This document shows positions 38,320-49,908 of a DNA stretch of 56,707 nucleotides, one piece after another (positions within the stretch are counted from its first letter, which is position 1; each line of letters starts with the position of its first letter). The DNA is taken from positions 1 to 56,707 of the forward strand of contig JBDRFC010000009.1 of NCBI GenBank assembly GCA_043819155.1, in the 5' to 3' direction. Under the pieces are notes generated by a model. That model was given only the letters and a program-made list of their open reading frames with translations. It did no database searches and had not been told where the DNA came from. This DNA comes from Chloroflexota bacterium. Its GTDB lineage: Bacteria; Chloroflexota; Dehalococcoidia; Dehalococcoidales; G020351185. A program made the position numbers and the translations under genes.

Positions 38320-38502
38320 ATGCCGGTAGTTATTGTTGAGATGTGGCAGGGGCGTACTACAGCGCAGAAAGGGCAACTGGCAAAGGGTATTACCGATGAG
38401 TTTGCTAAAATCGGAGTACCCCGCGACCAGGTTCATATTATCTTCAAGGATAACCAGAAATCTAACTGGGCGACCGGTGGCAAACTGGCTTCGGAAGAGT
38501 AA
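38320..38502 (+). CDS. 4-oxalocrotonate tautomerase family protein
   Basis: 60 aa starting MPVVIVEM (catalytic Pro1 after Met removal). Typical beta-alpha-beta monomer length. GGAGAAAG SD. Confidence 0.85.
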   Translation: MPVVIVEMWQGRTTAQKGQLAKGITDEFAKIGVPRDQVHIIFKDNQKSNWATGGKLASEE

Positions 38503-38507
38503 TAGCA

Positions 38508-39080
38508 TCAATACTTATGTGCAATGCTTTTCCATCTTTGGCGATGCTCTTCTTTTAATCCATCCAGTTTTGCCTTAAATGCTTCCGAGCTTATATCTTC
38601 AGCTGTCATTATCACAGCATCCTCTCTGTCATCCAGATAGTAGCCGCGTCGTGTCCCTTTTATTTCAAATCCATATTTCTCGTAAAGTTTCTGGGCGGCT
38701 TCATTGGATCTTCTCACTTCCAGTGTTATAATATCGGAACCTTTCTTTAATGTCATATTTATCAGATTTATTAACAGCAGTTCACCTATTCCCCGGCGCC
38801 GGTAAGCTTTCCTGACGGCAATGTTAACTATATGGGCTTCACCAGCCATAAGCCAGAAACCAGCCATGCCTATTATAAAATCTTTTTCGTCTAAATCTAT
38901 TTCATCATTCTGTTTTTCAGCAACCTGCTGATTATCACAGGCTACAATATAATATGACAGACCATTTTTTAACTCACGCCTATAATTTGCTGTTGACAAC
39001 ATTTCTGAAAAGGCTTCTCTATCAATTTCTACAGCCTGTTCTATATCTTCCCTGCGCATCCGTCTTATCAAGTAATCCAT
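38508..39080 (-). CDS. rimI: GNAT N-acetyltransferase, RimI-like
   Basis: Acetyl-CoA-binding motif RRRGIG, and LEVRRSNEAAQKLYEKYGF. Contains an internal acidic insertion. Confidence 0.75.
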   Translation of the reverse strand: MDYLIRRMRREDIEQAVEIDREAFSEMLSTANYRRELKNGLSYYIVACDNQQVAEKQNDEIDLDEKDFIIGMAGFWLMAGEAHIVNIAVRKAYRRRGIGELLLINLINMTLKKGSDIITLEVRRSNEAAQKLYEKYGFEIKGTRRGYYLDDREDAVIMTAEDISSEAFKAKLDGLKEEHRQRWKSIAHKY

Positions 39081-39104
39081 TCTTGCCCCCAGGGGATAGT
39101 TTTA

Positions 39105-39647
39105 TTATTTTTCTTCGGCAAAACGCTCCCATTCACTATAAATACAACCGCAATACTGCTGCCGATATAAATCCAGGGGCTTTGTCATTCGGCGGCTATC
39201 AGAGTAGCGTTTTCGCAGGTCTGCATAAAGATAGTTTATGCCCATATCCTTAGCTATAGCATTGCCAGTTTCAAGTAACAGGTCATGTTTCTGATGAGGG
39301 CTTATGAGCAAGCTGGAGGTAAAAGCGTTATAACCATGCTTACGCGCGGTTTCAGCCGTCTTTTCAAGACGCATCTGAAAACAACAACGGCAGCGCTGGT
39401 CTTCATGCCCAACTACCCTGCTGAAGTAATCTATCATGTCATATCCACCTTCTATAATAAGTGGAAAATTAAGCTCTTTTGCCAAAGACTTCATTGCTTC
39501 AAGGCGATGCTGGTGCTCCGTAAAAGGGTGGATATTGGGATTATACCAGAAGGCACTTATCTCATAGCCCTGATGCTGCCAGTAATCAACGGTATAGGCA
39601 GTGCAATGAGCACAACAACAATGAATGAGAATAGAGTTATCCTTCAT
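39105..39647 (-). CDS. queH: Epoxyqueuosine reductase QueH (DUF208)
   Basis: LIHCCCAHC N-terminal cysteine motif, CRCCFxxRL, and the C-terminal YxQxYCGC motif. 180 aa. Confidence 0.85.
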   Translation of the reverse strand: MKDNSILIHCCCAHCTAYTVDYWQHQGYEISAFWYNPNIHPFTEHQHRLEAMKSLAKELNFPLIIEGGYDMIDYFSRVVGHEDQRCRCCFQMRLEKTAETARKHGYNAFTSSLLISPHQKHDLLLETGNAIAKDMGINYLYADLRKRYSDSRRMTKPLDLYRQQYCGCIYSEWERFAEEK

Positions 39648-39659
39648 ACAAATACCGTA

Positions 39660-40682
39660 CTACAGAAGGGTTGGCTGTGGAGGCTTTTCTTTATCATATG
39701 GAATACCGAGGTGCTGATATGCCAGTTTTGTAACCATGCGTCCTCTGGGAGTACGCTCTATAAATCCGAGTTGTAAAAGGTATGGTTCATAGACATCCAT
39801 TATTGTATCTGCCTCTTCACTTATAGAGGCGGCGATTGTTTCCAAGCCAACGGGGCCGCCATTGAACTTATTTATTATTGTAAGCATCACTTTGTTGTCT
39901 ATCTCATCCAGCCCTATTGTATCAATCTCAAGCCTCTTCAATGCCTCAACCGCTTCTTCTCTTTTAATTTTTCCATCAGACATTACCTGAGTATAGTCCC
40001 TTACCCGCTTGAGCAATCGGTTTGATACGCGCGGTGTGCCCCGCGCGCGGCATGCAATCTCTCCTAATCCTTCGTTTTCGGCTTCTACCCCAAGTATGCG
40101 TGCGGAACGTTTTAATATTGCCTCTATTGAAGCCTGTTCATAGAAATCAAGGCGATATATCGCACCGAAGCGATCCCTCAAGGGCGCACTTAACTGCGCA
40201 AACCTGGTTGTGGCGCCTATGAGAGTAAAAGACGGCAGGTTGAGCCTCAGACTCCTGGCACCGGGTCCTTTGCCTATTATAATGTCCAGCGCCTTATCTT
40301 CCATCGCCGGGTAGAGCACTTCCTCTACTGCCTTATTTAGACGGTGGATTTCATCGATAAATAGAATATCCTGGCTATGCAAATTTGTTAATATGGCTGC
40401 CAGCTCCCCGGTACGTTCGATTGCCGGTCCGGATGTAATCTTTATGTTAACACCCATCTCATTGGCAATGATTTGTGCTAGTGTTGTTTTCCCCAGACCT
40501 GGCGGCCCATATAGCAATATGTGGTCAAGTGCATCACCTCTGCCCTTTGCAGCAGTAATAGCGATGCCCAGATTTTCCTTAATCCTATTTTGCCCGATAA
40601 ATTCACCCAGTGACCTTGGCCTGAGATTTGTATCAAGCGGTATGTCTTCCGTACCGGGCTTACCTGATATAATGCGGTCTAT
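39660..40682 (-). CDS. ruvB: Holliday junction branch-migration helicase RuvB
   Basis: Walker [10 protein letters not shown], Walker B FIDEIH, sensor motifs and a winged-helix C-terminus. The conserved N-terminal block [12 protein letters not shown]...[11 protein letters not shown] lies upstream of the first canonical start (TTG at 40517). I place the start at ATA 40682, 6 nt after AGGTGG (see findings). Confidence 0.9.
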   Translation of the reverse strand: MDRIISGKPGTEDIPLDTNLRPRSLGEFIGQNRIKENLGIAITAAKGRGDALDHILLYGPPGLGKTTLAQIIANEMGVNIKITSGPAIERTGELAAILTNLHSQDILFIDEIHRLNKAVEEVLYPAMEDKALDIIIGKGPGARSLRLNLPSFTLIGATTRFAQLSAPLRDRFGAIYRLDFYEQASIEAILKRSARILGVEAENEGLGEIACRARGTPRVSNRLLKRVRDYTQVMSDGKIKREEAVEALKRLEIDTIGLDEIDNKVMLTIINKFNGGPVGLETIAASISEEADTIMDVYEPYLLQLGFIERTPRGRMVTKLAYQHLGIPYDKEKPPQPTLL

Positions 40683-40775
40683 TTTGATCCACCTAAATAT
40701 AGATATTATAAAAATACGGTCTTTTTTACTAACACATCCTCAGCCATTATACCATAACTTTAGTTGTATTAAGTC

Positions 40776-40815
40776 GGATAAATAAGAGCCACCCCGATAG
40801 AAACGAAGTGGCTCT
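40776..40815 (-). terminator. Putative terminator downstream of rpoC
   Basis: 8-bp stem AGAGCCAC/GTGGCTCT (40785..40792 and 40808..40815) with a 15-nt loop, followed on the minus strand by TATTTAT. The weak T-tract and large loop keep confidence moderate. Confidence 0.35.
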
Positions 40816-40844
40816 AAATTACTTGCTCAATTATACTTCAGGAA

Positions 40845-43800
40845 CTATTCTTCCGATTTGTTCTCTACTTCTTTACTTTCCGTTTGTTCTTCAATAAGCT
40901 CTTCAATTGGCTGCAGCGGTAATTCAACGCTCAGCTCCATCCCCACAGCTTCCTTCTCCATTTCCAATTTCATGGCTGCTTCTTCGGTTGCTTCCTTGCA
41001 GGCACGGCAACGCGCCGGGATTAATTTACCTATTATTACATTTTCCTTGAGCCCGTTTAGCCTGTCCACTTTGCCCAGTATAGCCGCCTCAGTCAAAACC
41101 CTGTTTGTTTCCTGGAATGAGGCTGCTGCCAGCCAGCTTTCTGTGCTCAGACTGGCTCTTGTGATACCCAAAAGAATTGTATGAGCAGTAGCCGGTTCGC
41201 CGCCCTCTGCCAATACCTTTGCGTTAATCTCTTCATAGCGAAATCTGTCTATTAACTCCCTGGGCACCAGATCAGTATCGCCCGGCGAATCTATGCGAAC
41301 CTTTGATAGCATTTGCCTGACAATAACCTCGACATGCTTATCGTTTATGTGCACTCCTTGAGAACAGTAGACTTTCTGCACCTCTTCAACTATATACCTC
41401 TGAACGGCACCTTTTCCCAGTACAGCCAGAATATCCTGTGGATTTACAGAGCCGTCGGTAAGCTGCTGGCCAGCCTTTATTAAATCTCCTGATTGGACAC
41501 GGATATGTGTAGCCGCCGGCACGCTATACTCCCGTTCATCCGTCTCGTCATACCTGATTAACAACTTGCCATCTTCAATGATGACTTCTCCGGCTACATT
41601 AGCTACGATATAATCGGCTATGGCCGTAGAATCAGATTCGGCACCCTTGGCCGGTGGTTTTGCCAGCATAGTACCTATATCCACCGCCTGGCCATCTTTC
41701 ACATTCAATTGCCAGCCAGCCGGCAACCTGTATTCATCATAAAATGTATCCTGGCTGGCAACCTTTATGAATTTTCCATCATCATTATCCATTACATCAG
41801 CCACGCCATCTATTTCCGATATTGTCGCCTGAGCCTTTGGCGGCCTGGCTTCAAAGAGCTCCTCAACTCTGGGTAGACCGCTTGTAATATCAAGCCCAAC
41901 CACACCACCAGTATGGAATGTTCGCAAAGTAAGTTGCGTACCCGGTTCACCAATACTCTGAGCGGCAATAATACCAACTGCCGTATTAAGTTCAACCAGA
42001 TGCCATCGGCCGAGGTCTCTGCCATAGCACATCTGGCATATACCCTGCGTCGATTGGCAGTTAATCGGTGACCTTATATGAACCCTTGTAATGCCGGCGG
42101 CAATAATATCAGCCACTTTTTGCTCATCAATTTCTTCGTTTCTCTTGACTATAATTTTTTTATTTTCTGGATTTATTATTTCACTTGCCGCCATCCGTCC
42201 TGTTATCCTATCGCTGAATATAGGTAGCAATCCTTTCTCCTGGACTTCATCATAAACCCAAGCTCCTTCCATAGTGCCGCAATCCTCTTCAAGGACAATT
42301 ACATCCTGGGTTACATCTACAAGACGCCGGGTCAGGTAACCACTACCTGATGTCCTCAATGCTGTGTCTGCAAGACCCTTACGTGCACCATGCGTTGATA
42401 TAAAGTACTCCATGGCGCTATGCCCTTCACGCAGGCTTGATATAATGGGAAATTCTATTATTTTACCGGCCGGGTTTGTCATAAGGCCGCGCATACCAAC
42501 CATCTGCCTTATTTGGGACATATTACCTTTTGCTCCCGATGTCGCCATCATATAGATACTGCCGTGTTTATCCAACGATTCATTAATAGCACTGGTAAGC
42601 TTATCGGTAGTTCCCATCCATACTTCAATTATGCTGTTATACCTCTCGTCCTCTGTAATCAAACCGCGTAGATACTGGCTTTCAATTATAGCCGTTCTCT
42701 CATTGGCTTCTTCGAGTATCTTTGGTTTTTTGGCTGGCACTTTTATATCGCTCATAGATATTGATATTCCTGATTTAGTAGCATATTTAAAGCCAAGCCG
42801 TTTTAAACCATCCAGCAACGCCGCCATTCTTTCATTATCACCGAGTAGTCTATAGCAATCTGTTATTATTTTCTTTAAACCCGATTTATCAATCGTCTTA
42901 TTAATGAATCCTATCTCTTCGGGTATAATCTCATTGAAGATTATACGTCCAATACTGGTTTTGATAATTTCTTTATCTTTTAGCCTGACATTTATTTCAT
43001 CCCCAAGGCCAATGATGCCCACATCATGGCTTAACCTGGCTTCTTCGGTGCTGCCGAAGGTCGTTTTTATAGCCTTGGCATCAGGTCTTATCATCGTTAG
43101 ATAATAACAGCCGAATACCATATCCAGAGTTGGTGTTACAACGGGTTCACCACAGCTGGGCAATAGCATATTGTGCGTGCTGAGCATCATCTCCCTGGCT
43201 TCCTTCACCGCTGCCTTGGACAGGGGGACATGGACCGCCATCTGGTCGCCATCAAAATCGGCATTAAAAGCAGAACATACAAGAGGGTGTATCTGTATGG
43301 CGCTGCCATCGATGAGCACCGGTTCAAAAGCCTGAATGCTAAGCCGGTGTAATGTTGGTGCCCGGTTAAGCATAACCGGTCGATCTTTTACCACTTCCTC
43401 AAGGATGTCGTATATCTCTGGTTTTGCCCTTTCGACAAGTCTGCGGGCGCTTTTTATATTCGAGGCAATGCCTTCGATTACAAGATTGTGCATTACGAAA
43501 GGTTTAAATAATTCAAGCGCCATTCGCCTGGGTAAACCACACTGATGTAATTCTAATTCCGGACCAACAACTATAACCGAGCGGCCGCTATAATCTACTC
43601 TTTTTCCCAGCAGGTTCTGACGGAAGCGCCCCTGCTTGCCACGCAACATATCCGATAGTGATTTAGCCTTATGGTCACCGCTTACCGAAATGGCTCGTCC
43701 CCGGCGACCATTATCAATAAGCGAGTCGGCTGCTTCCTGGAGCATCCGTTTTTCGTTGCGTATTATAATTTCAGGTGCTCCCATTTCAACCAGGTGGCGC

Positions 43801-44804
43801 AGTCTGTTATTGCGGTTGATAACCCGGCGATAAAGATCATTCAAATCACTGGTAGCGAAGCGGCCTCCATCCAGCTGAACCATGGGGCGGAGGTCTGGGG
43901 GTAATACCGGCAGCGCAGTCAGAATCATCCATTCCGGTTTGTTATTACTGCGACGAAACGCTTCTACTAGTTGCAATTGCTTTGAGGCTTTGCGTCTGCG
44001 TTGACCCGAAGACGAATGAGTTTCTTGAAGTAATCGGATTCTTAACTCTTCAAGGTCTATTTCCTTGAGCAGTTTGAGTATAGCTTCAGCCCCCATCCCA
44101 GCTTCGAATATACTAGCGTAATCTCTCTTTAATTCACGGTACTGGTTTTCTGTTAGTAGTGCGCCTTTTCTTAACTCTTTAAGCTGTTCTATCTTTATCG
44201 GTAGTTCATCTTCAAGCGTTTCTTTCGTTGTTTCGAAATCACGCCTCATCTTGTTTATTTCTTCTACGGTTGCCTGTTCCTGTTCTATTTCAGATATTTT
44301 TTCTTCAAGCGCAGCTTTTTGTTCTGTTATCTGTTTGGTATAATCTCCCTCCAATTGCTTAATTGCTTCACTGCGCGATTCTTCATCAACAAACGTAACT
44401 ATATAATGAGAAAAGTAAATAACCCTCTCCAGACTACGAGCCGAAAGGTCAAGCAATAACCCGATGCGGCTGGGTATCCCCCGCGAAAACCATATATGGC
44501 TTATCGGGCAGGCTAGCTCAATATGCCCCATGCGTTCCCGGCGTACTTTTGAGCGTGCTATCTCAACGCCGCATTTATCGCATATTATGCCCTTAAAACG
44601 TATCCTTTTGTATTTACCGCAGGAGCACTCAAAGTCTTTCGTCGGACCGAATATTCTTTCGCAGAATAGACCGTCTCTCTCTGGTTTGAGTGTGCGGTAG
44701 TTTATTGTCTCCGGCTTTGTTACCTCGCCATATGACCAGCCAAGAATCTGTTCCGGTGAAGCTAATGAAATACGGACGGCATCAAATTCATTGATTTCAA
44801 GCAC
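40845..44804 (-). CDS. rpoC: DNA-directed RNA polymerase subunit beta'
   Basis: 1319 aa. Zn-binding CSCGKY...CDKCGVE, catalytic NADFDGDQM, and bridge-helix/trigger-loop regions. The GTG start shares one nt with the rpoB TAG stop. Confidence 0.97.
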   Translation of the reverse strand: MLEINEFDAVRISLASPEQILGWSYGEVTKPETINYRTLKPERDGLFCERIFGPTKDFECSCGKYKRIRFKGIICDKCGVEIARSKVRRERMGHIELACPISHIWFSRGIPSRIGLLLDLSARSLERVIYFSHYIVTFVDEESRSEAIKQLEGDYTKQITEQKAALEEKISEIEQEQATVEEINKMRRDFETTKETLEDELPIKIEQLKELRKGALLTENQYRELKRDYASIFEAGMGAEAILKLLKEIDLEELRIRLLQETHSSSGQRRRKASKQLQLVEAFRRSNNKPEWMILTALPVLPPDLRPMVQLDGGRFATSDLNDLYRRVINRNNRLRHLVEMGAPEIIIRNEKRMLQEAADSLIDNGRRGRAISVSGDHKAKSLSDMLRGKQGRFRQNLLGKRVDYSGRSVIVVGPELELHQCGLPRRMALELFKPFVMHNLVIEGIASNIKSARRLVERAKPEIYDILEEVVKDRPVMLNRAPTLHRLSIQAFEPVLIDGSAIQIHPLVCSAFNADFDGDQMAVHVPLSKAAVKEAREMMLSTHNMLLPSCGEPVVTPTLDMVFGCYYLTMIRPDAKAIKTTFGSTEEARLSHDVGIIGLGDEINVRLKDKEIIKTSIGRIIFNEIIPEEIGFINKTIDKSGLKKIITDCYRLLGDNERMAALLDGLKRLGFKYATKSGISISMSDIKVPAKKPKILEEANERTAIIESQYLRGLITEDERYNSIIEVWMGTTDKLTSAINESLDKHGSIYMMATSGAKGNMSQIRQMVGMRGLMTNPAGKIIEFPIISSLREGHSAMEYFISTHGARKGLADTALRTSGSGYLTRRLVDVTQDVIVLEEDCGTMEGAWVYDEVQEKGLLPIFSDRITGRMAASEIINPENKKIIVKRNEEIDEQKVADIIAAGITRVHIRSPINCQSTQGICQMCYGRDLGRWHLVELNTAVGIIAAQSIGEPGTQLTLRTFHTGGVVGLDITSGLPRVEELFEARPPKAQATISEIDGVADVMDNDDGKFIKVASQDTFYDEYRLPAGWQLNVKDGQAVDIGTMLAKPPAKGAESDSTAIADYIVANVAGEVIIEDGKLLIRYDETDEREYSVPAATHIRVQSGDLIKAGQQLTDGSVNPQDILAVLGKGAVQRYIVEEVQKVYCSQGVHINDKHVEVIVRQMLSKVRIDSPGDTDLVPRELIDRFRYEEINAKVLAEGGEPATAHTILLGITRASLSTESWLAAASFQETNRVLTEAAILGKVDRLNGLKENVIIGKLIPARCRACKEATEEAAMKLEMEKEAVGMELSVELPLQPIEELIEEQTESKEVENKSEE

Positions 44805-47800
44805 TATCTTACTCTGCCCCTTCCTCTTCTATGATCAGTATCATTTTGTATATCAGGCGATTTATCGACAGGTTCATTTTTATTTTCAGCTTCGCTCATC
44901 TCGCCTGCCGCTTTGTCTTTTAATTCTTTCTCTCCTTCAACTTCTTCACCTTCCAAATTGTTTTCTATGGCTGGCAGTACCTCTATAACCTCTGGTCCAC
45001 TTTCCATCTCAGATGTCTCATTAGCTTTTTCAGCATGTATGGTTTTTTCTTCTTCATTAATAACCTCAACCGCCAATCCAAGGCTCTGTAACTCCTTTAC
45101 CAGCACCTTGAAGGATTCCGGCACGCCAGGTGGCATAATACCTTCACCCTTAACTATAGCCTCATATGCTTTTGCCCGCCCGGTGACATCATCAGATTTT
45201 ATCGTCAACACTTCCTGTAGGTTATGAGCCGCTCCATAAGCCTCCAGTGCCCAAACTTCCATTTCTCCAAATCGTTGTCCGCCGAACTGGGCCTTACCAC
45301 CTAAAGGTTGTTGTGAAATAAGTGAATAAGGGCCGGTAGAACGGGCGTGAACCTTATCCTCGACAAGGTGATTCAGTTTCATTATATAGATATTGCCCAC
45401 CGTTATCGGCTGGTCAAACGGTTCACCAGTAAGGCCATCACGCAGCATCACTTTACCTGATACCGGCGAAGGTATATTCCTTTCATAACAAACCTTATCA
45501 ACCTTCTTTTCCAGCTCATCCTTTTTAATATTTTTACTTTTGACCCCCAGCTCTTTAAGCCATAGGCGTAAACAGATTTCCTTTGCTTCTCCTTCAAGTT
45601 TATTATCAAAAATCTTCTCTCCGTCGAAACCTTTTTTGTTTACCCATTCCTTTGCCCTTACTATTTTTTCTTGAGGAGTAATATTACTGTTATCCTTACT
45701 ATCCTCACCGGCTTTTCCGACAAGCCATGCCCTAGCCAAGGCGTCTTCAATAACTAAATCACTGGCACCATCAAAAACAGGGGTTAATGCTTTAAAACCC
45801 AACTGCTGAGCCGCCCATCCCAGGTGTGTCTCAAGCACCTGGCCTATATTCATCCTCGATGGCACGCCTATTGGATTAAGAAGGATATCTACCGGTGTAC
45901 CATCAGGCAGGAATGGCATATCCTCAACCGGAGCTATAATGGAAATAACCCCTTTATTACCGTGCCTCCCGGCCAGTTTATCACCGGCGGAAATCTTCCT
46001 TTGCTGCGCCACCCATACCTGTACCCACTTATTTACCCTTACAGGCAGCTCATCATTATCCTCACGTGAAAATACTTTTACATTAATAACCTTACCCCAC
46101 TCACCATGCGGAACCCTGAGTGAGGTATCTTTTACCTCACGAGCTTTTTCGCCGAATATAGCCCTCAGTAATTTCTCCTCCGCCGACAGCTCTGTCTCTC
46201 CTTTTGGTGTAATCTTACCCACCAGGATATCACCCGGCCCCACCTCTGCGCCGATTCGGATTATGCCTTCTTCATCAAGTTCACGTAAACTCTCTTCGCC
46301 AACATTGGATATATCGCGTGTAATTTCCTCCGGTCCCAGTTTAGTATCCCGGGCTTCAACCTCATGCTTTGATATATGAATCGATGTAAACTTATCTTTT
46401 TCTAGCATACGCTCACTTAAAATAATGGCATCTTCATAGTTATAGCCTCTCCAGCTCATAAAAGCACATACTACATTCTGCCCCAGAGCCAATTCTCCAT
46501 CTTCGGTTGCCGAGCTATCTGCTAAAACACAACCCTTCTCCACGCGCTGCCCTATACTTACCACCGCATGCTGATTTATACAGGTTCCCTGATTGGTGCG
46601 TACGAATTTCATAAGCGGGTAAATATCTTCCTGCCCTGTATCATCTGTAACAACAATCCTAAAACCTGTTACCGAGGTTACTACACCGGCATTCTTCGCA
46701 AATAATACCTGACCGCTGTACTTGGCTGCCTCGCTCTCCATGCCAGTAGCTACCAGCGGTGATTCAGGACACAGTAAAGGCACTGCCTGCCGCTGCATGT
46801 TAGCACCCATCAGCGCTCTATTGGCATCATTATGCTCCAGAAAGGGTATTAGTGATGCGGCAACACTGAAAATCTGTTTGGGCGACACATCCATAAAAGA
46901 TAATTTTTCCGGTGCCGTTAGCAGGTATTGCTCTCCCAACCTGGCTTCAACCTTTTCATCCATGAACTGGCCGTTTTCATCAAGCCGGGTATTTGCCTGG
47001 GCTATTATAAATTTATCTTCCTTGTCCGCCGGGAGATAGACGACTTCGTCGGTTATAAAGGGCGCCAGCTTTATATTGCCGTTACGAACACGAGCAAGCT
47101 TTGTGGCCATTTCAGCCGTTACTACGTCTCCGGCCTTTGCTATAATCGTCCCCTTATTGTTTTTTATCTCCTCGCGAATCACCCTTTTCGTAAAATCTTT
47201 TATTTTTGATGGCTCTATTTCACTGATAGCCCTCCGATAAGGTGTCTCTATAAAACCATAGGAGTTAATACGGCCAAAGGTTGCCAGTGAGCCGATGAGA
47301 CCAATATTTGGACCCTCAGGCGTTTCAATCGGGCAGATTCTACCATAGTGTGAGTAATGAACATCTCGCACATCAAAGCCGGCACGCTCCCGGGATAAAC
47401 CCCCCGGTCCCATTGCCGATAGCCGGCGTTTGTGCGTCAGCTCGGCCAGGGGATTTGTCTGATCCATAAATTGTGATAGCTGCGAGCCTCCGAAGAACTC
47501 CCTGATTGCAGAAACTACGGGGCGTATATTTACAAGGGCACCAGGGGTAACCATATCGATACTCAAGATGCTCATTCGCTCTCTGGCTACTCTTTCAAGG
47601 CGCATCAAACCAATTCGAAACTGGTTTTGCATTAGTTCACCAACAACACGTATACGCCTATTCCCCAGATGATCAATATCATCGGCAGATTCATCGCCAT
47701 TGTTAATCATTATTATATATTTTATAATCTCTATTATATCTTTATGTGTTAATGCGCTTTTATCCTCGCCAATCTTATCTTCAAGCCCCAATCTCTGGTT

Positions 47801-48667
47801 AAGCTTGTAGCGACCGACAATACCCAAGTCATAGTGCTGCGGATTGAAGAAAAGATTGTTAATCAGTTTCTTTGCGTTTTCAACATTAGGCGGGTCGCCC
47901 GGACGTACCTTCCGGTATATGTCAATAAGAGCCGTAGCCCCATCCCTGACTAACTGGTCACGATCTATTGTTGACTGTATAAACTTTCTCTCTGAAGATT
48001 TTTCCTCTTCAGAAAACAGCTCAAGCAGTTGTTCGTCACCTTCATAGCCGATGGCTCGCAGAAGAGTGGTAACCGGTATTTTACGTTTGCCATCTATTTT
48101 TACCGAAATTACATTACGGCTGCTTGTCTCAAGCTCAAGCCAGGCACCACGACCGGGTATCAGATTGGCACTACATAACCGACGTCCACTAGTTGCATCC
48201 TCTTCAGCCATAAAGTAGACACCGGGTGAACGGAGTAACTGGCTAACTATCACCCGTTCTGTGCCGCTGGTAATGAAGGTGCCTTTCGCCGTCATTAAGG
48301 GTATGTCGCCAAAAAACAGATCAAATGGCTCTTTTATTTCTCCGGTAGCCTTTACGAGTAATCTTGCTTTTACATAAAGGGGGACGGAATATGTCAGGTC
48401 TCTCTGGCTACATTCCTGCTCTGTGAAGCGGGGCTTTCTAAATTCGTAACCGATAAAACTCAGTTCCAGCTTATTACCTACAAAATCTTCGATGGGAGAT
48501 ATTTCCTTAAGTAATTGCTTTATCCCTTCTTCTTGAAGCCACTGAAATGAACCTAATTGTATTTCTATTAAATTGGGAACATTTATGACCTGTGGCAGTT
48601 TGGCATATGATATTCTTGATATAGAAGGCTTTTCCTTCTGGGGGGATGAGAGAGACTCAGATATCAT
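44804..48667 (-). CDS. rpoB: DNA-directed RNA polymerase subunit beta
   Basis: Canonical beta motifs are present (rif region [37 protein letters not shown]). The track start is 48688, but the codons after it contain AAAGGAG 5 nt upstream of a second ATG at 48667, which I prefer. About 110 aa of acidic C-terminal tail. Confidence 0.95.
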   Translation of the reverse strand: MISESLSSPQKEKPSISRISYAKLPQVINVPNLIEIQLGSFQWLQEEGIKQLLKEISPIEDFVGNKLELSFIGYEFRKPRFTEQECSQRDLTYSVPLYVKARLLVKATGEIKEPFDLFFGDIPLMTAKGTFITSGTERVIVSQLLRSPGVYFMAEEDATSGRRLCSANLIPGRGAWLELETSSRNVISVKIDGKRKIPVTTLLRAIGYEGDEQLLELFSEEEKSSERKFIQSTIDRDQLVRDGATALIDIYRKVRPGDPPNVENAKKLINNLFFNPQHYDLGIVGRYKLNQRLGLEDKIGEDKSALTHKDIIEIIKYIIMINNGDESADDIDHLGNRRIRVVGELMQNQFRIGLMRLERVARERMSILSIDMVTPGALVNIRPVVSAIREFFGGSQLSQFMDQTNPLAELTHKRRLSAMGPGGLSRERAGFDVRDVHYSHYGRICPIETPEGPNIGLIGSLATFGRINSYGFIETPYRRAISEIEPSKIKDFTKRVIREEIKNNKGTIIAKAGDVVTAEMATKLARVRNGNIKLAPFITDEVVYLPADKEDKFIIAQANTRLDENGQFMDEKVEARLGEQYLLTAPEKLSFMDVSPKQIFSVAASLIPFLEHNDANRALMGANMQRQAVPLLCPESPLVATGMESEAAKYSGQVLFAKNAGVVTSVTGFRIVVTDDTGQEDIYPLMKFVRTNQGTCINQHAVVSIGQRVEKGCVLADSSATEDGELALGQNVVCAFMSWRGYNYEDAIILSERMLEKDKFTSIHISKHEVEARDTKLGPEEITRDISNVGEESLRELDEEGIIRIGAEVGPGDILVGKITPKGETELSAEEKLLRAIFGEKAREVKDTSLRVPHGEWGKVINVKVFSREDNDELPVRVNKWVQVWVAQQRKISAGDKLAGRHGNKGVISIIAPVEDMPFLPDGTPVDILLNPIGVPSRMNIGQVLETHLGWAAQQLGFKALTPVFDGASDLVIEDALARAWLVGKAGEDSKDNSNITPQEKIVRAKEWVNKKGFDGEKIFDNKLEGEAKEICLRLWLKELGVKSKNIKKDELEKKVDKVCYERNIPSPVSGKVMLRDGLTGEPFDQPITVGNIYIMKLNHLVEDKVHARSTGPYSLISQQPLGGKAQFGGQRFGEMEVWALEAYGAAHNLQEVLTIKSDDVTGRAKAYEAIVKGEGIMPPGVPESFKVLVKELQSLGLAVEVINEEEKTIHAEKANETSEMESGPEVIEVLPAIENNLEGEEVEGEKELKDKAAGEMSEAENKNEPVDKSPDIQNDTDHRRGRGRVR

Positions 48668-48785
48668 TTCAACTCCTTTAAAAGGCATACAAAATTAAAC
48701 ATTATCGCAGTGCTAATAAAATTAGTTACGTGAACGCCGAGGACTATAGTTAGGTGAATAATTAAGAGGCATAACGTAAAGATGA

Positions 48786-48814
48786 ATGATAGCACAATCT
48801 AATGTTATTGTCAA
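48786..48814 (-). promoter_or_regulatory. Putative rpoBC promoter
   Basis: Minus strand reads TTGACA (48814..48809), 17 nt, TATCAT (48791..48786). Confidence 0.4.
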
Positions 48815-48958
48815 TAGTGTTAGCACTAATATTTTTTTGCATAATTTTTCAGGTTATACAGATTATCTTCGCAACAATGGCTTATTCTATGTTTTTACTT
48901 ATTTCTTCTCATCTTGTATTATATCTAGTAACTTGCATTTTATTCGATTTAATTCGCT

Positions 48959-49891
48959 ATGTTACTAGAGGATGAGCTAGCCGGACTGGCACCCAGAAGT
49001 GAAACCATACTGACCATCGGTGTTTTTGATGGAGTACACCTCGGGCATAAACACCTGCTCTCTAAACTCGTTGAACAATCTAAAAATGATAAACTTATCA
49101 GTTGCGTTATTACCTTCAAGCAGCATCCTCAAGGGTTATTCAACTCACAGTCCGCCCCGCCCTTTTTAACCAACCTGACACAGAAAACAAAACTGCTCAA
49201 TGATGCAGGAGCCCAGATCATTATTGCCCTTACTTTCGGTCTGGAACTAGCACAAACCGGTGCCAGGCAATTCGCTGACCTTTTGCAGAAATATCTTAAA
49301 ATGCGCGGTCTCGTTCTTGGACCTGACTTTACCCTGGGCAGAAATAAAGAAGGTAACGTTGATTTTCTGCGTAATTTGGGCAATGCTATGAACTTTAACC
49401 TGACAGTAGTACCGCATTTAAAAATAGATGGAGAAATAGTAAGTAGTACAGCTATCAGGGATGCACTTTTAAAAGGTGATATTAAAAAGGTTAATCGTAT
49501 GCTTGGTCGCCATTTCAGCCTTGAAGGGCGTATAATAACAGGGAGCGGGAGAGGTACGGATCTGGGTTTTCCAACGGCTAATCTGGATATTGAAGCGGAA
49601 CGGGCCTTACCGTCAGACGGCATTTATGCTACCTGGGCTTACATAGATAATAAGCGTTACAAATCGATAACAAATATCGGTAAGCGTCCCACCTTTGGTG
49701 ACAATGAAAGAATTGTAGAGGTCTATATTATAGATTTTCAGGATAATCTATATCGTCATCAATTAAAAATTGATATAATAGAAAAACTACGCGATGAGAA
49801 GAAATTTACAACTGCCGAGGCGTTACAGTGTCAGATTGCAGATGATATAAAGCAAGCAGAGGCTTTGCTTTCTCAGCTGAACAGTGAATAA
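48959..49891 (+). CDS. ribF: Bifunctional riboflavin kinase / FMN adenylyltransferase
   Basis: IGVFDGVHLGH nucleotidyltransferase motif, and a C-terminal riboflavin kinase domain (GRGTDLGFPTANL, GIYA, RPTFG). Confidence 0.9.
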   Translation: MLLEDELAGLAPRSETILTIGVFDGVHLGHKHLLSKLVEQSKNDKLISCVITFKQHPQGLFNSQSAPPFLTNLTQKTKLLNDAGAQIIIALTFGLELAQTGARQFADLLQKYLKMRGLVLGPDFTLGRNKEGNVDFLRNLGNAMNFNLTVVPHLKIDGEIVSSTAIRDALLKGDIKKVNRMLGRHFSLEGRIITGSGRGTDLGFPTANLDIEAERALPSDGIYATWAYIDNKRYKSITNIGKRPTFGDNERIVEVYIIDFQDNLYRHQLKIDIIEKLRDEKKFTTAEALQCQIADDIKQAEALLSQLNSE

Positions 49892-49908
49892 TACACAGGG
49901 GGTTTCTT

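Noticed and set aside
48689-48958. Checked the 270-bp rpoB/ribF divergent gap for an FMN (RFN) riboswitch upstream of ribF. Also noted the 60-aa ORF at 48786..48968 and an 8-bp inverted repeat (AGTGCTAA/TTAGCACT) about 110 nt apart.
   Set aside because: No RFN core (no GGATGGGAGA-type or CCGAC blocks). The ORF is AT-rich low-complexity sequence spanning a promoter region. The inverted repeat is short and widely spaced, so it is compatible with chance.
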